In this document: one piece after another, positions 1-8,356 of the stretch
Position numbering within the stretch: position 1 is the first letter of the stretch
Layout of the letters: the number at the start of each line of letters is the position of its first letter
DNA from: Candidatus Electrothrix sp. GW3-4
Lineage (GTDB): Bacteria; Desulfobacterota; Desulfobulbia; Desulfobulbales; Desulfobulbaceae
DNA: 32,000 nucleotides
Reading direction: 5' to 3'
Assembly (NCBI RefSeq): GCF_037902255.1
Contig: NZ_CP147990.1
Coordinates: 60,001-92,000, forward strand
Position numbers and translations under genes: made by a program
Notes under the pieces: generated by a model
Told to the model about the DNA's origin: nothing
Databases searched by the model: none
Seen by the model: only the letters and a program-made list of their open reading frames with translations

Positions 1-135
1 GGGATTGCCTTCCACCCCTTGGGAATCATCATACGTCACAAGGGGATTGCCTTGCGCCTCTTGGTAATCATCGTTCGTCACAAGGGGATTATCTTCCTTC
101 CCTTGGGGATCATCATGCGTCACAAGGGGATTGCT
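1..135. repeat. 42-bp tandem repeat, 3 full copies (1-42, 43-84, 85-126) plus a partial fourth, truncated by the window edge
   Basis: Copies share a conserved core ATCATCnnnCGTCACAAGGGGATT. The period is a multiple of 3. Both the + frame (ORF 19-252) and the - frame are open across the array. Confidence 0.9.
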
Positions 136-198
136 CTTCAGTCCAAAAAAGATATCCCGGAGGGACGCAACGTTAACAGTGGAACGAATCGCAACACC

Positions 199-921
199 TC
201 AACGATTTGCAAACCAGATCGCATAATCTTTTACTGGCTGATAGTTGTCTGAGGATTTATCCAGGACTTCTAAATCACATAAGGGAAACTCATACTTCTC
301 GCGTCCATGCCGTAACGACACCAGTATTCCATAGATATCCTCAATATCATCATCAAAAACATCATATTCTTCATCATCATCTTCATAAATACCCACTACC
401 GTTACCTGATCTCCTTCTTGTAACGGCCCCTCCTCTTGACACTCAAAGATCTCTGCCTCAAAGGGAAATTCCAACTCATCCTCAAGATACTCCTGCCATA
501 CCTCAAAGGCCGCCTCTTCACTCTCATCTTCAGCGTTGTCTAAGACGGCCTGTATTCTCCTGTCTATTTCCTCTGATTCTTCAGGATCTTCATCTGTCCA
601 AGTAAAATCATGCTTGCTTTCAATATCTTCAATTGCTTTTACGACATCGTCCACACTATCTCTGGCCGTTGTCTGTTCAACATCTTCTGGTGCAAGATAC
701 ACTCTGGCCCAGTCCAACCCTTCTACTTCACAGTAGACAATCGTCTTATCAGATAGCTGCTTGAGACTCAGGCTATCCCAATCTATGCCAATCAAACCGT
801 CTTCTTCCTCAATTTCAGCGACCCGTCCCTGCCATCCGCCGATGTTGATATTTAAATCAAGTTCTTCAACATTCGGTTTTACAATGACAGAATCACCGAG
901 CTGGAGTTTGCCTTGTGCCAT
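199..921 (-). CDS. Hyper-acidic hypothetical protein (240 aa from the ATG at 921)
   Basis: The ORF track gives 199..933. I prefer the internal ATG at 921 (MAQGKLQLGD), which follows GAGGA. By hand count about 71 of 240 residues are D/E, with runs such as EIEEED, DEDPEESEE and YEDDDEEYDVFDDDIED. I recognise no catalytic motif. Confidence 0.6.
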   Translation of the reverse strand: MAQGKLQLGDSVIVKPNVEELDLNINIGGWQGRVAEIEEEDGLIGIDWDSLSLKQLSDKTIVYCEVEGLDWARVYLAPEDVEQTTARDSVDDVVKAIEDIESKHDFTWTDEDPEESEEIDRRIQAVLDNAEDESEEAAFEVWQEYLEDELEFPFEAEIFECQEEGPLQEGDQVTVVGIYEDDDEEYDVFDDDIEDIYGILVSLRHGREKYEFPLCDLEVLDKSSDNYQPVKDYAIWFANR

Positions 922-1040
922 AATAATCCTCAATAAATACTATTTCCAAGCTGATACAATCTTCGATTGATGTTACCTCCCTACCCGGCTGTTCCTTCAG
1001 GACAAGGAATACATCCCAGAGGCACGGGGTGCCAAACATA

Positions 1041-1069
1041 TTGACATCACCATGAAGCTACACCATAAT
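1041..1069 (+). promoter_or_regulatory. Putative sigma70 promoter for the ATPase/DUF4276 pair
   Basis: TTGACA (1041-1046), a 17-nt spacer, then CATAAT (1064-1069), about 60 nt upstream of the ATG at 1129. Confidence 0.45.
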
Positions 1070-1128
1070 AAGGCGCAATCTTAATAAAATATCAGCGGGA
1101 AAGAAAGGCTGTTTTGCCGGAGAGCGTC

Positions 1129-2247
1129 ATGAAACTAAAAGAAGTGCATATAAAGGGATACAAATCTATTGACGGGCGGGTCGGTCAACGCATCCCCTTC
1201 GGCGACCTGACAGTCTTGCTCGGAGCCAACGGTTCTGGCAAAAGCAATCTGGTTTCATTCTTCAAGATGCTCAACTTCATGACAAGCGGAGCCTTGCAGC
1301 AATACGTGGGTAAATACGGGGTAAGCCATCTGCTTTTTTACGGCCCAAAACACACCGAATCCATCTCCTTTGAGCTTGCCCTTGCATCTGAATCCTCCCA
1401 TGATACCTATGAGGTGAGACTCGCGCACGGCTTGCCGGATCGCTTATTCATCAGCGGCGAAAAGATTACCTATCAGAAGATCAGCCCTCCTTCTCCACGA
1501 CCACAGGAGTATTTTCTTGACGCAGGTGGAAGTGAATCAGGGTTGGCAAGCGACCAAAGGAAAACCAGTGCAGTCTTGTGTCGCCTTTTGTCGGGGGTAC
1601 GGAGTTATCAGTTTCATGACACCTCAGACACAGCCAAGATGAAAGATCGCGGCTATATTGATGATGCCAAATATCTCCGCAGCGATGCAGGAAATTTGGC
1701 GGCTTTCCTGAATATGCTTAAACAAACGAAAGCGTATCAAAGGTATTATGATCGAATAGTTCGGCATGTGCAGCGCGTTATGCCGCAATTTCATGACTTC
1801 GACTTGGAACCGATTCCCGGCAATAAAGATTATGTTCGGCTGAACTGGCAAGATGCATCAGACAGTGATTATTTATTCGGTCCCGATCAGATATCAGACG
1901 GTTCCCTCCGTTTTATGGCCCTGGCAACTCTGCTGCTTCAGCCTCCTGAACTCCTGCCGACCTTTATCGTTCTGGATGAACCCGAGCTGGGGCTTCATCC
2001 TGCTGCTATCGGGGAACTGGCCGGGATCGTCCGGGCGGCATCACAAAAAACGCAGGTACTCCTGGCAACCCAGTCTACACGTCTGGTTGATGAGTTTTCA
2101 GCGGAAGATGTGGTGGTGGTTGAGCGGGATGAAAAGGAACGCTGTTCTGTTTTCAGGAAGCTTGCCGCTGAACACTTGCAGGATTGGCTGGAGCGTTACA
2201 GCCTTTCTGAGCTATGGGAGAAAAATGTGCTGGGAGGACAGCCGTGA
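1129..2247 (+). CDS. ABC/AAA-type ATPase of the AAA_15/AAA_21 (OLD/RecF-like) kind
   Basis: Walker A is LGANGSGKSN. SDGSLRFMALATLLL is signature-like. Walker B is FIVLDEPELGLHP, and ATQS follows as a possible H-loop region. Start chosen at ATG 1129 (MKLKEVHIKGYKSI), preceded by GGAGAG. Confidence 0.8.
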   Translation: MKLKEVHIKGYKSIDGRVGQRIPFGDLTVLLGANGSGKSNLVSFFKMLNFMTSGALQQYVGKYGVSHLLFYGPKHTESISFELALASESSHDTYEVRLAHGLPDRLFISGEKITYQKISPPSPRPQEYFLDAGGSESGLASDQRKTSAVLCRLLSGVRSYQFHDTSDTAKMKDRGYIDDAKYLRSDAGNLAAFLNMLKQTKAYQRYYDRIVRHVQRVMPQFHDFDLEPIPGNKDYVRLNWQDASDSDYLFGPDQISDGSLRFMALATLLLQPPELLPTFIVLDEPELGLHPAAIGELAGIVRAASQKTQVLLATQSTRLVDEFSAEDVVVVERDEKERCSVFRKLAAEHLQDWLERYSLSELWEKNVLGGQP

Positions 2248-2924
2248 TTCGTCTGCATATCACTGCCGAAGGACAGACCGAGCAGTCCTTTGCCGGGAAA
2301 GTGCTCGCGCCTCATCTGGCTGGCTTCGGTGTTTTTGTTGATGCACGTTGTGTCTTGACGAGCAGGGATAAAAGGAAGGCTAGGGAATATCGCGGCGGCT
2401 TGCTGAGCTATGAGAAGGCTGAAAAGGATATCCGGGCGTGGTTGAAGGAGGATGATCACGTGGAGTGCCGCTTTACAACTATGTTTGACCTCTACGCATT
2501 GCCGGATGATTTTCCTGGCTATGCCGAGGCCATGAGAAACAGCGATCCTTATGAACGGGTTGCAATCCTGGAGCAGAAAATGGCTGAGAGCGTCGGCGAT
2601 AGCCGTTTTATTCCATACATTCAGTTGCACGAATTCGAGGCCTTGCTTCTTGCCGATCCGAAACAGTTGGATTGGGAATATCTGGAGCATGACGTCCCAA
2701 TCGGCAATCTGGTTACTATGGTGGCAAGTCAGAATCCAGAACTCATCAATGATGGACCCGCAACGGCACCTTCAAAGCGCATTCTTAGCGAAATTCCCGA
2801 GTATGACAAGGTCACAGCCGGTGTTGCCGTTGCTGAGAAGATCGGCCTGCTCATGCTGCGGCAGAAGTGTCGGCATTTTAATGACTGGCTTACTCGGCTG
2901 GAACGACTTGCTCAGAAGGGGTAA
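2244..2924 (+). CDS. DUF4276-like protein (predicted Toprim-like partner of the ATPase)
   Basis: The GTG start at 2244 overlaps the ATPase stop codon (GTGA, 4-nt overlap). The N-terminus IRLHITAEGQTEQSF and the later MFDLYALPDDFPG and IQLHEFEALLLADP match my memory of DUF4276. Family assignment is from memory only. Confidence 0.6.
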   Translation: MIRLHITAEGQTEQSFAGKVLAPHLAGFGVFVDARCVLTSRDKRKAREYRGGLLSYEKAEKDIRAWLKEDDHVECRFTTMFDLYALPDDFPGYAEAMRNSDPYERVAILEQKMAESVGDSRFIPYIQLHEFEALLLADPKQLDWEYLEHDVPIGNLVTMVASQNPELINDGPATAPSKRILSEIPEYDKVTAGVAVAEKIGLLMLRQKCRHFNDWLTRLERLAQKG

Positions 2925-3192
2925 GGGCTGGTTTGTCGTATTTTTCTTTTTATTTTTACCTGCTATGGATACTGAAGAGAATAGGCCGAGGGCAATATCT
3001 CCAGAAAAATTTCTCTGCAACCCTTCTTCCTGTTCCGAAAAAAAACTTGCAGTTTACCTGAATCAGTTTCATACTTATTCTACACGCATATCCAGCGATA
3101 CTATTCAATAATGATCGTTTTTGTCAATTCGGAAACACCGTTTCCACCCCTGCCCCTACCGGGCAGGTCAACCTGATATAGCGAGGTTATCT

Positions 3193-4362
3193 ATGAAACA
3201 GCCGGAAGCCGCCTACTGGGTCGCGTCCATGTTAGGCCAAAAGAAAGGGGTGTCCGACCTGAACGTCACCGTGGGCAAGAGCCTCCAGGTGGAGATTGAC
3301 GGCGAGCTTACCCCGGTGAAAGTGGAACCGCCAGTAGACAAGCTCACGCCCTTTCAGACCGAGGTCTTTGCCCTTAATCTCATCAATAGCAATCAGCGCC
3401 TTCTCAATGATTTGGTGCGAACAGGCTCCTGCGATCTCTCGTATGTGCTGGGGGAGGGGGCTCGTTTCAGGGTCAATGTTTTTACCCAAAAGGGCTGTTA
3501 TTCGACCGTGATGAGGAAGTTGGAAACCAAGATCCCCACCATTGAAGACTTCGGATTTCCTCATTGTTTTTATGATATGGCCGAAGAACGCAACGGGCTT
3601 ATTCTTTTTACCGGAGGAACCGGAACCGGCAAGACCACCTCGCTGGCCTCTATTCTGAATCAGATCAATAAGAGCCGATCTGTTCATATTGTTACCCTGG
3701 AAGATCCGATCGAGTATGTCCATCCTCATAAAAAGGCGACCTTTAACCAGCGGGAGCAGGGCGATGACTTTGACAGCTTTGCCAACGGCCTGCGGGCGGC
3801 CCTGCGTCAGGCCCCAAAGGTGATTCTGGTCGGTGAGATCCGGGACCGGGAGACCCTGGAGATCGCCCTTACCGCCGCAGAAACCGGCCATGTGGTCTTT
3901 TCCTCCCTCCATACCATTGATGCGGGTCAGACCTTGAACCGTATTATTGGTATGTTTGACCATGATGAACAGGACCAAATTCGGGTTCGACTGGCCGATA
4001 CGCTTCGCTGGGTCGTCAGTCAGCGCCTTCTCCCCAAGGTCGGAGGTGGCCGGGTTGCATCCCAGGAGATTCTTCGCACCAGCCTGCGCGTCACCGATAT
4101 CCTGCTCAATGGCGAGGACGCTGCCACAGAAAAAACCTTTTATAATGTGATCCAGGAGGGCTCTACCCTGAGCATGAAGACCTTTGATCAGGATTTATTA
4201 GATCTTTTTACTCGGGGGCTGATTGATGAAAAGGCCGCCATGACCTATTGCACCAACCGGAGTGTCATTAAACGAGGTATGGATAATATTAAGGCCGCCC
4301 GTGGGGAAAGCACGACCAGTATCTCCGGCCTGGCCATGGAAGAGGAGGAAGGAGATGTATAA
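3193..4362 (+). CDS. pilT: PilT/PilU-family type IV pilus retraction-type ATPase
   Basis: Motifs seen: Walker A GGTGTGKTTS, TLEDPIEY, VILVGEIRDRETLEIALTAAETGHVVFSSLHT and SQRLLP. Start taken at ATG 3193 after GAGG; the ORF-track start at 3121 is less likely. Confidence 0.8.
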   Translation: MKQPEAAYWVASMLGQKKGVSDLNVTVGKSLQVEIDGELTPVKVEPPVDKLTPFQTEVFALNLINSNQRLLNDLVRTGSCDLSYVLGEGARFRVNVFTQKGCYSTVMRKLETKIPTIEDFGFPHCFYDMAEERNGLILFTGGTGTGKTTSLASILNQINKSRSVHIVTLEDPIEYVHPHKKATFNQREQGDDFDSFANGLRAALRQAPKVILVGEIRDRETLEIALTAAETGHVVFSSLHTIDAGQTLNRIIGMFDHDEQDQIRVRLADTLRWVVSQRLLPKVGGGRVASQEILRTSLRVTDILLNGEDAATEKTFYNVIQEGSTLSMKTFDQDLLDLFTRGLIDEKAAMTYCTNRSVIKRGMDNIKAARGESTTSISGLAMEEEEGDV

Positions 4363-4424
4363 GGGATTTCCGGTAGGACACGGTTTGCTGCTGCCTGAGA
4401 TGTTGCATAAGCAAGGAGAAGAGA

Positions 4425-5165
4425 ATGATCAGTAACTGTCCCCATTGCCAGGGCACGTTGAAGTTTAATGCTGCCCAGCTGGAAAAGATTGAGCAGGCCC
4501 TCAAGGCATTAAAGCCGGGCAAGCGCCTGCCCTTGAAATGTCCGCATTGCAAGAAGCCCATGCAGCTTGATGCTGCTGGCGAAGTTGAAGGTGCTGCCGC
4601 CCCGAAGAAGGGCCCTGAAAAGGCCGCAGCAAAAGCCGCAGAGACCAAGAGCACAGCCATTAAGCCCCCACCCCCGCCTCCCTTGGATTTTCTGGAGGAA
4701 AAACAGGGGGGTATTATGGAAGACCATGTGCGGGATGTCCCTATGGCCTTGGTCCTCCATTCTGATGACGGCATCAGGCATCAGCTGGGGGCGGCTATGG
4801 AGGCCCTTGGATACCAGGTGATGACCTTGACGTCAGCTGAAGAGGCCATAGCCCAGGTTGGCTCTGTCAATTTTGCCAGCATTGTTTTTCATGCTGGCTT
4901 TGAGGGAGGCCCCTTGGCAGAATCAATCTTCCATAATTTCATGCGCGATATGCCCATGTCAAGAAGGCGGATGATTTTTTATATCCTTATGGGGCCGCAG
5001 TTCACCACCCTTTATGATATCCAGGCCCTTGCCAACAGTGCGAATCTGGTGGTCTCAGATGATGACTTTAAGAATTTTCAGCTGGTCCTGCATAAGGCTA
5101 TTCCGTATTATGAGCAACTTTTTGGACCGCTTCTTGAGGAGTTAAGTTCTTACGGGAAAGGATAA
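4425..5165 (+). CDS. Zinc-ribbon protein with a Pro-rich linker and a degenerate receiver-like C-terminal domain
   Basis: The N-terminus has CPHC...x26...CPHC (MJ0042-type zinc-ribbon pattern), followed by KPPPPPP. The C-terminal ~130 aa (MALVLHSDDG...IVFHAGFEGG) resembles CheY-like topology but has His where the phospho-acceptor Asp would be. Confidence 0.5.
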   Translation: MISNCPHCQGTLKFNAAQLEKIEQALKALKPGKRLPLKCPHCKKPMQLDAAGEVEGAAAPKKGPEKAAAKAAETKSTAIKPPPPPPLDFLEEKQGGIMEDHVRDVPMALVLHSDDGIRHQLGAAMEALGYQVMTLTSAEEAIAQVGSVNFASIVFHAGFEGGPLAESIFHNFMRDMPMSRRRMIFYILMGPQFTTLYDIQALANSANLVVSDDDFKNFQLVLHKAIPYYEQLFGPLLEELSSYGKG

Positions 5166-5405
5166 CAACTGTATTTTAGGAGGGATTTAGCGTTTTTTTG
5201 TCTTGTGGGAGGGGGCGCTCGAAAAAGGAGAACCTGGGGTAATAAAAAAAAAGTCAGTCTTTCAGTAGGAAACAGTTGTTTTTCAGGAATATCTTTGGTA
5301 AAAGTTTTGGTTTTATATCCTCGCCCATGGGGGGCGTGGGAAAAATGAAATAATTACCTCATACTGATGACCGGTATGGACCGGTGGACAGGGGAAAAAA
5401 CACCC

Positions 5406-7175
5406 ATGACTGACAGTGGAACTCAGCCCGCGACTGCGGCAGAAGAAAATGGCATGGAAGATATCAGCTTTGCTGAACTCTTCGAACAGGAAGACAACAA
5501 CACAGTGATCAATGTTCAGGAGGTGGCGATCGGAACCGTCGTTGACCTGAACAGCGATGCGGTCCTCATTGATGTTGGTGATAAAGCGGAAAGCTATATC
5601 GCTATTGGAGAATTCCGCAGGGAAGATCCTGATCGTGAGATCAAAATCGGTGATCAGTTTGAAGTCTTCATCGAAAAGAGGAAAGAAGAGGGCGGTCTGC
5701 TGCTCTCTCGGGAAAAGGCCATTGCCATTAAAGTCTGGGAACAGATTGCCACTATCCAGGAAGAAGACGGCACTATTGAAGGACGCATCGACAACAGAGT
5801 GAAAGGTGGTATGTCTGTTGATATTGGTGTTCCTGCCTTCCTGCCCTATTCTCAGATAGACCTGCGCCCGGTCAAAGATCTGGATGCCCTTATCGGCGAG
5901 ACCTTTGAATTTAAGATCCTCAAGTTTAACCGCAAGCGGAATAACGTGGTTATTTCCCGTCGAGCTATTCTGGAGGAGCAGCGCTCACAGCTCCGTGAGC
6001 AGATGCGGGCTACTCTGGAAGAGGGACAGACCATTCGCGGTGCTATTACCAATATCACCGATTACGGTCTGTTTATCGATCTGGGCGGCATGGACGGACT
6101 CTGTCACATCACCGATCTGTCCTGGGGCCGGGTTTCTCATCCCTCCAAACTCTACACCGTGGGCGAGGAAATCGAGGTCAAGGTCCTGAAATACGACCAG
6201 GATTCCGATCGCGTTTCTCTCGGTGTCAAGCAGCTCAAGTCTGATCCATGGGAGATGGTGCCGGAAACCTACCCGGTTGGCGCAAGAGTCAGCGGCAAGG
6301 TTGTTTCCATCACCGACTACGGCGCCTTTGTTGAGCTGGAAGAAGGCGTAGAAGGGCTTGTCCATATCTCTGAGATGAGCTGGTCCAAGAAGCCGCGTCA
6401 TCCCTCCAAGATTGTCAGCGTTGGTTCTGAAATCGATGTCCAGGTCCTGAAGGTAGAGGCAGAGACCAAGCGTATCTCTCTGGGCATGAAACAGCTGCAG
6501 CCTAACCCCTGGGATTTGGTGGAAGAGAGCTACCCCATCGGCGCGGTTATTGAAGGAAAGATTAAGAACATTACTGACTTTGGTGTGTTTATCGGTATCG
6601 AAGAGGGAATAGACGGTCTGATTCACGTTTCTGACCTCTCCTGGACCGAGCGGATTAAGCATCCTTCTGAGAAGTACGCAAAAGGGGAAGCTATCCAGGC
6701 CGTTGTCCTGAAGATTGATAAAGAGAACGAACGATTCTCCCTTGGGGTGAAACAGCTGGAGCCAGATCCTTGGCAGGCAGCGGTGAGCAATTATCCTACC
6801 GGGAGTCTGGTTGAAGGAAAGATCACCAATATAACTGACTTCGGCGTTTTTGTTCAGCTTGAAGAGGGTATTGAGGGATTGGTCCATGTTTCTGAAATCA
6901 GCCGGGAGAAGATCAAAACCCCTGTTGGCATGTTCAATGTAGGGGATATGCTGAAAACAGCAGTTATTAATGTCTCTGCTGCTGACCGTAAAATCGGTCT
7001 TTCCCTCAAGGCTTTGGAAGGGGACGATGCTGAAGAGGGTGGAGAGAACGCAGGCGCTGAGGACACTGCCCAGAAGCAGCAGGCAGCGACCAAGGCCAGC
7101 TCAGGGCCTTCAACCTTTGGCGACCTGTTGAAGGCCGCTGCCAGCGCAGAGGAAGAGGAGTCTTCTGACAAATAG
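5406..7175 (+). CDS. rpsA: 30S ribosomal protein S1
   Basis: Six S1 repeats are present, with recurring GxV..ItdfGaFV.l..GveGLvHiSe motifs. The start is uncertain; candidate ATGs lie at 5367, 5376, 5406 and 5451. Confidence 0.95.
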   Translation: MTDSGTQPATAAEENGMEDISFAELFEQEDNNTVINVQEVAIGTVVDLNSDAVLIDVGDKAESYIAIGEFRREDPDREIKIGDQFEVFIEKRKEEGGLLLSREKAIAIKVWEQIATIQEEDGTIEGRIDNRVKGGMSVDIGVPAFLPYSQIDLRPVKDLDALIGETFEFKILKFNRKRNNVVISRRAILEEQRSQLREQMRATLEEGQTIRGAITNITDYGLFIDLGGMDGLCHITDLSWGRVSHPSKLYTVGEEIEVKVLKYDQDSDRVSLGVKQLKSDPWEMVPETYPVGARVSGKVVSITDYGAFVELEEGVEGLVHISEMSWSKKPRHPSKIVSVGSEIDVQVLKVEAETKRISLGMKQLQPNPWDLVEESYPIGAVIEGKIKNITDFGVFIGIEEGIDGLIHVSDLSWTERIKHPSEKYAKGEAIQAVVLKIDKENERFSLGVKQLEPDPWQAAVSNYPTGSLVEGKITNITDFGVFVQLEEGIEGLVHVSEISREKIKTPVGMFNVGDMLKTAVINVSAADRKIGLSLKALEGDDAEEGGENAGAEDTAQKQQAATKASSGPSTFGDLLKAAASAEEEESSDK

Positions 7176-7334
7176 CTCTTTCTTTGTGAGCGGCCCAACC
7201 TTAAGGGTATGATTTCTTGTCGCTGTATTTCGCAGGAGGTCGTACCCTTTCCTGTTGGTGCAACAGAGGCACTGTTTGGAACAGTGCGATGACGAATTAT
7301 GATCAATTACAGATTTATTTAAAAGGGACTCAAC

Positions 7335-7616
7335 ATGCTCAAGCGTGAATTGGTAAGTGAAGTTACTGAGCAGTTAGGCGGCTACTATAAACAGGATGTA
7401 GCGCAGGCTGTCGATATTATATTAGAAAATATAACACAAGCCCTGACGGAAGGACGGCGGGTTGAAATTCGGGGATTCGGCAGTTTTTCAGTGAGAACGC
7501 GTAAGCCGCGCACAACGAAAAATCCAAAGACCGGCAAGATGATGGATATTCCGGCGAGAAAAACGCTGCATTTCACGATGAGTAAGTCACTCAAGGAAGT
7601 TCTTATTGAGGAGTAA
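7335..7616 (+). CDS. ihfB: Integration host factor subunit beta (HU/IHF family)
   Basis: VEIRGFGSFSVRTRKPRTTKNPKTG closely matches the E. coli IHF-beta arm. The rpsA-ihfB synteny is classical. Confidence 0.85.
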   Translation: MLKRELVSEVTEQLGGYYKQDVAQAVDIILENITQALTEGRRVEIRGFGSFSVRTRKPRTTKNPKTGKMMDIPARKTLHFTMSKSLKEVLIEE

Positions 7617-7662
7617 GAAGAAAGCGCCCTTGCAATATCCTGTAATCGCGTTTGCTTTGTAA

Positions 7663-7706
7663 AGCCGATCAATCTTGGCAGAGGTCAAGATTGATCGGCT
7701 TTTTTT
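7663..7706 (+). terminator. Rho-independent terminator after ihfB
   Basis: A perfect 14-bp stem AGCCGATCAATCTT/AAGATTGATCGGCT is followed by a T7 run. Confidence 0.85.
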
Positions 7707-7795
7707 ATGCTTCTAGGAGGAGCGTTATTGGAAGAACCCCCTTTTGCCTCAGCTTGAGATCGTGTTGAGCAGTCTTGAAAAGCCCTTTCCTGTTT

Positions 7796-8326
7796 TCATC
7801 CTTGCAGAAGGAGATTCCTGCCGCCGAGAAAAAGAACCCAAATCACGACAGTCAGCCAGTGGATTATGATCGGTACCCAAAGAGATTGGGAAGAGATGTA
7901 TGACAGGCTACATGCCATGCCCAGGCAGAAGACGATAACAAGAAAATATGGGTCGCAAAAGAATACCTGGGCTCCAGGATTGATCGTCAAGGCGTTGAGG
8001 GGATGCCAGAGGGTGAACAGGGTCGCGCTGAGCAGGGTGAACAGTAGGATAGTCTGTTTCCCCCTTTGCCGGGTATTGAGCGGGATAATAAGACCACGGA
8101 AAAAAGATTCTTCCAAGAGGGCAGGGAAGAGGAAGAGGGAAAACAAAGCGATACAGGCCGTCTTCCCGTCGACTATCTGAAAGGAGAAGAGGTTACCAGC
8201 ATTGCCAACGGCCAAGGCGATGAGAGCAAAGAGGAGTATGAGCGCGAAGGACGTCTTTACTTCTTTGCGTGGAGAGATCCTGTACCCTTTCGTGAGATTG
8301 TTCTTGAGGTAGTTGAGCATAGTCAT
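7796..8326 (-). CDS. CPBP-family (CAAX/Abi) intramembrane metalloprotease
   Basis: Multi-pass hydrophobic protein with motif 1 EESFFRG, motif 2 FTLWHP and a later IIIHW. Confidence 0.75.
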   Translation of the reverse strand: MTMLNYLKNNLTKGYRISPRKEVKTSFALILLFALIALAVGNAGNLFSFQIVDGKTACIALFSLFLFPALLEESFFRGLIIPLNTRQRGKQTILLFTLLSATLFTLWHPLNALTINPGAQVFFCDPYFLVIVFCLGMACSLSYISSQSLWVPIIIHWLTVVIWVLFLGGRNLLLQG

Positions 8327-8356
8327 CGTCCCCAGCCGTTTCCCAGGAAAAGGGGG

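Noticed and set aside
1-135. Whether the left-end repeat is a CRISPR array
   Set aside because: The units are contiguous 42-bp tandem copies with no unique spacers between them. The period is a multiple of 3 and both strands are open. There are no cas genes nearby.
199-201. In-frame TGA followed by 66 open codons as a selenocysteine or programmed readthrough site, tempting because a yedF-like gene is in the window
   Set aside because: I could see no SECIS-like stem-loop immediately downstream on the - strand. WFANR looks like a natural C-terminus. The open frame may simply reflect the in-phase repeat. It is kept only as a note inside the repeat finding.
2941-2960. Shared ~14-nt string TTTTATTTTTACCT downstream of both the DUF4276 gene (about 2947) and the RHH-like ORF (about 10548) as a possible common element
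   Set aside because: It is a low-complexity, AT-rich 14-mer. A few such exact matches are expected by chance in 32 kb on two strands, and there is no extended similarity around it.
2196-3111. Overlapping ORFs 2196-2690(-), 2551-3111(+) and 2772-3020(-)
   Set aside because: They overlap the well-supported DUF4276-like frame or run through the AT-rich intergenic region. They show no motifs and no RBS.
5985-6887. 300-aa ORF antisense to rpsA, plus smaller ones at 5557-5802, 5852-6058, 5884-6189 and 6854-7306
   Set aside because: These are shadow ORFs inside a highly confident, repeat-rich S1 gene. They have no RBS and low-complexity, implausible translations.
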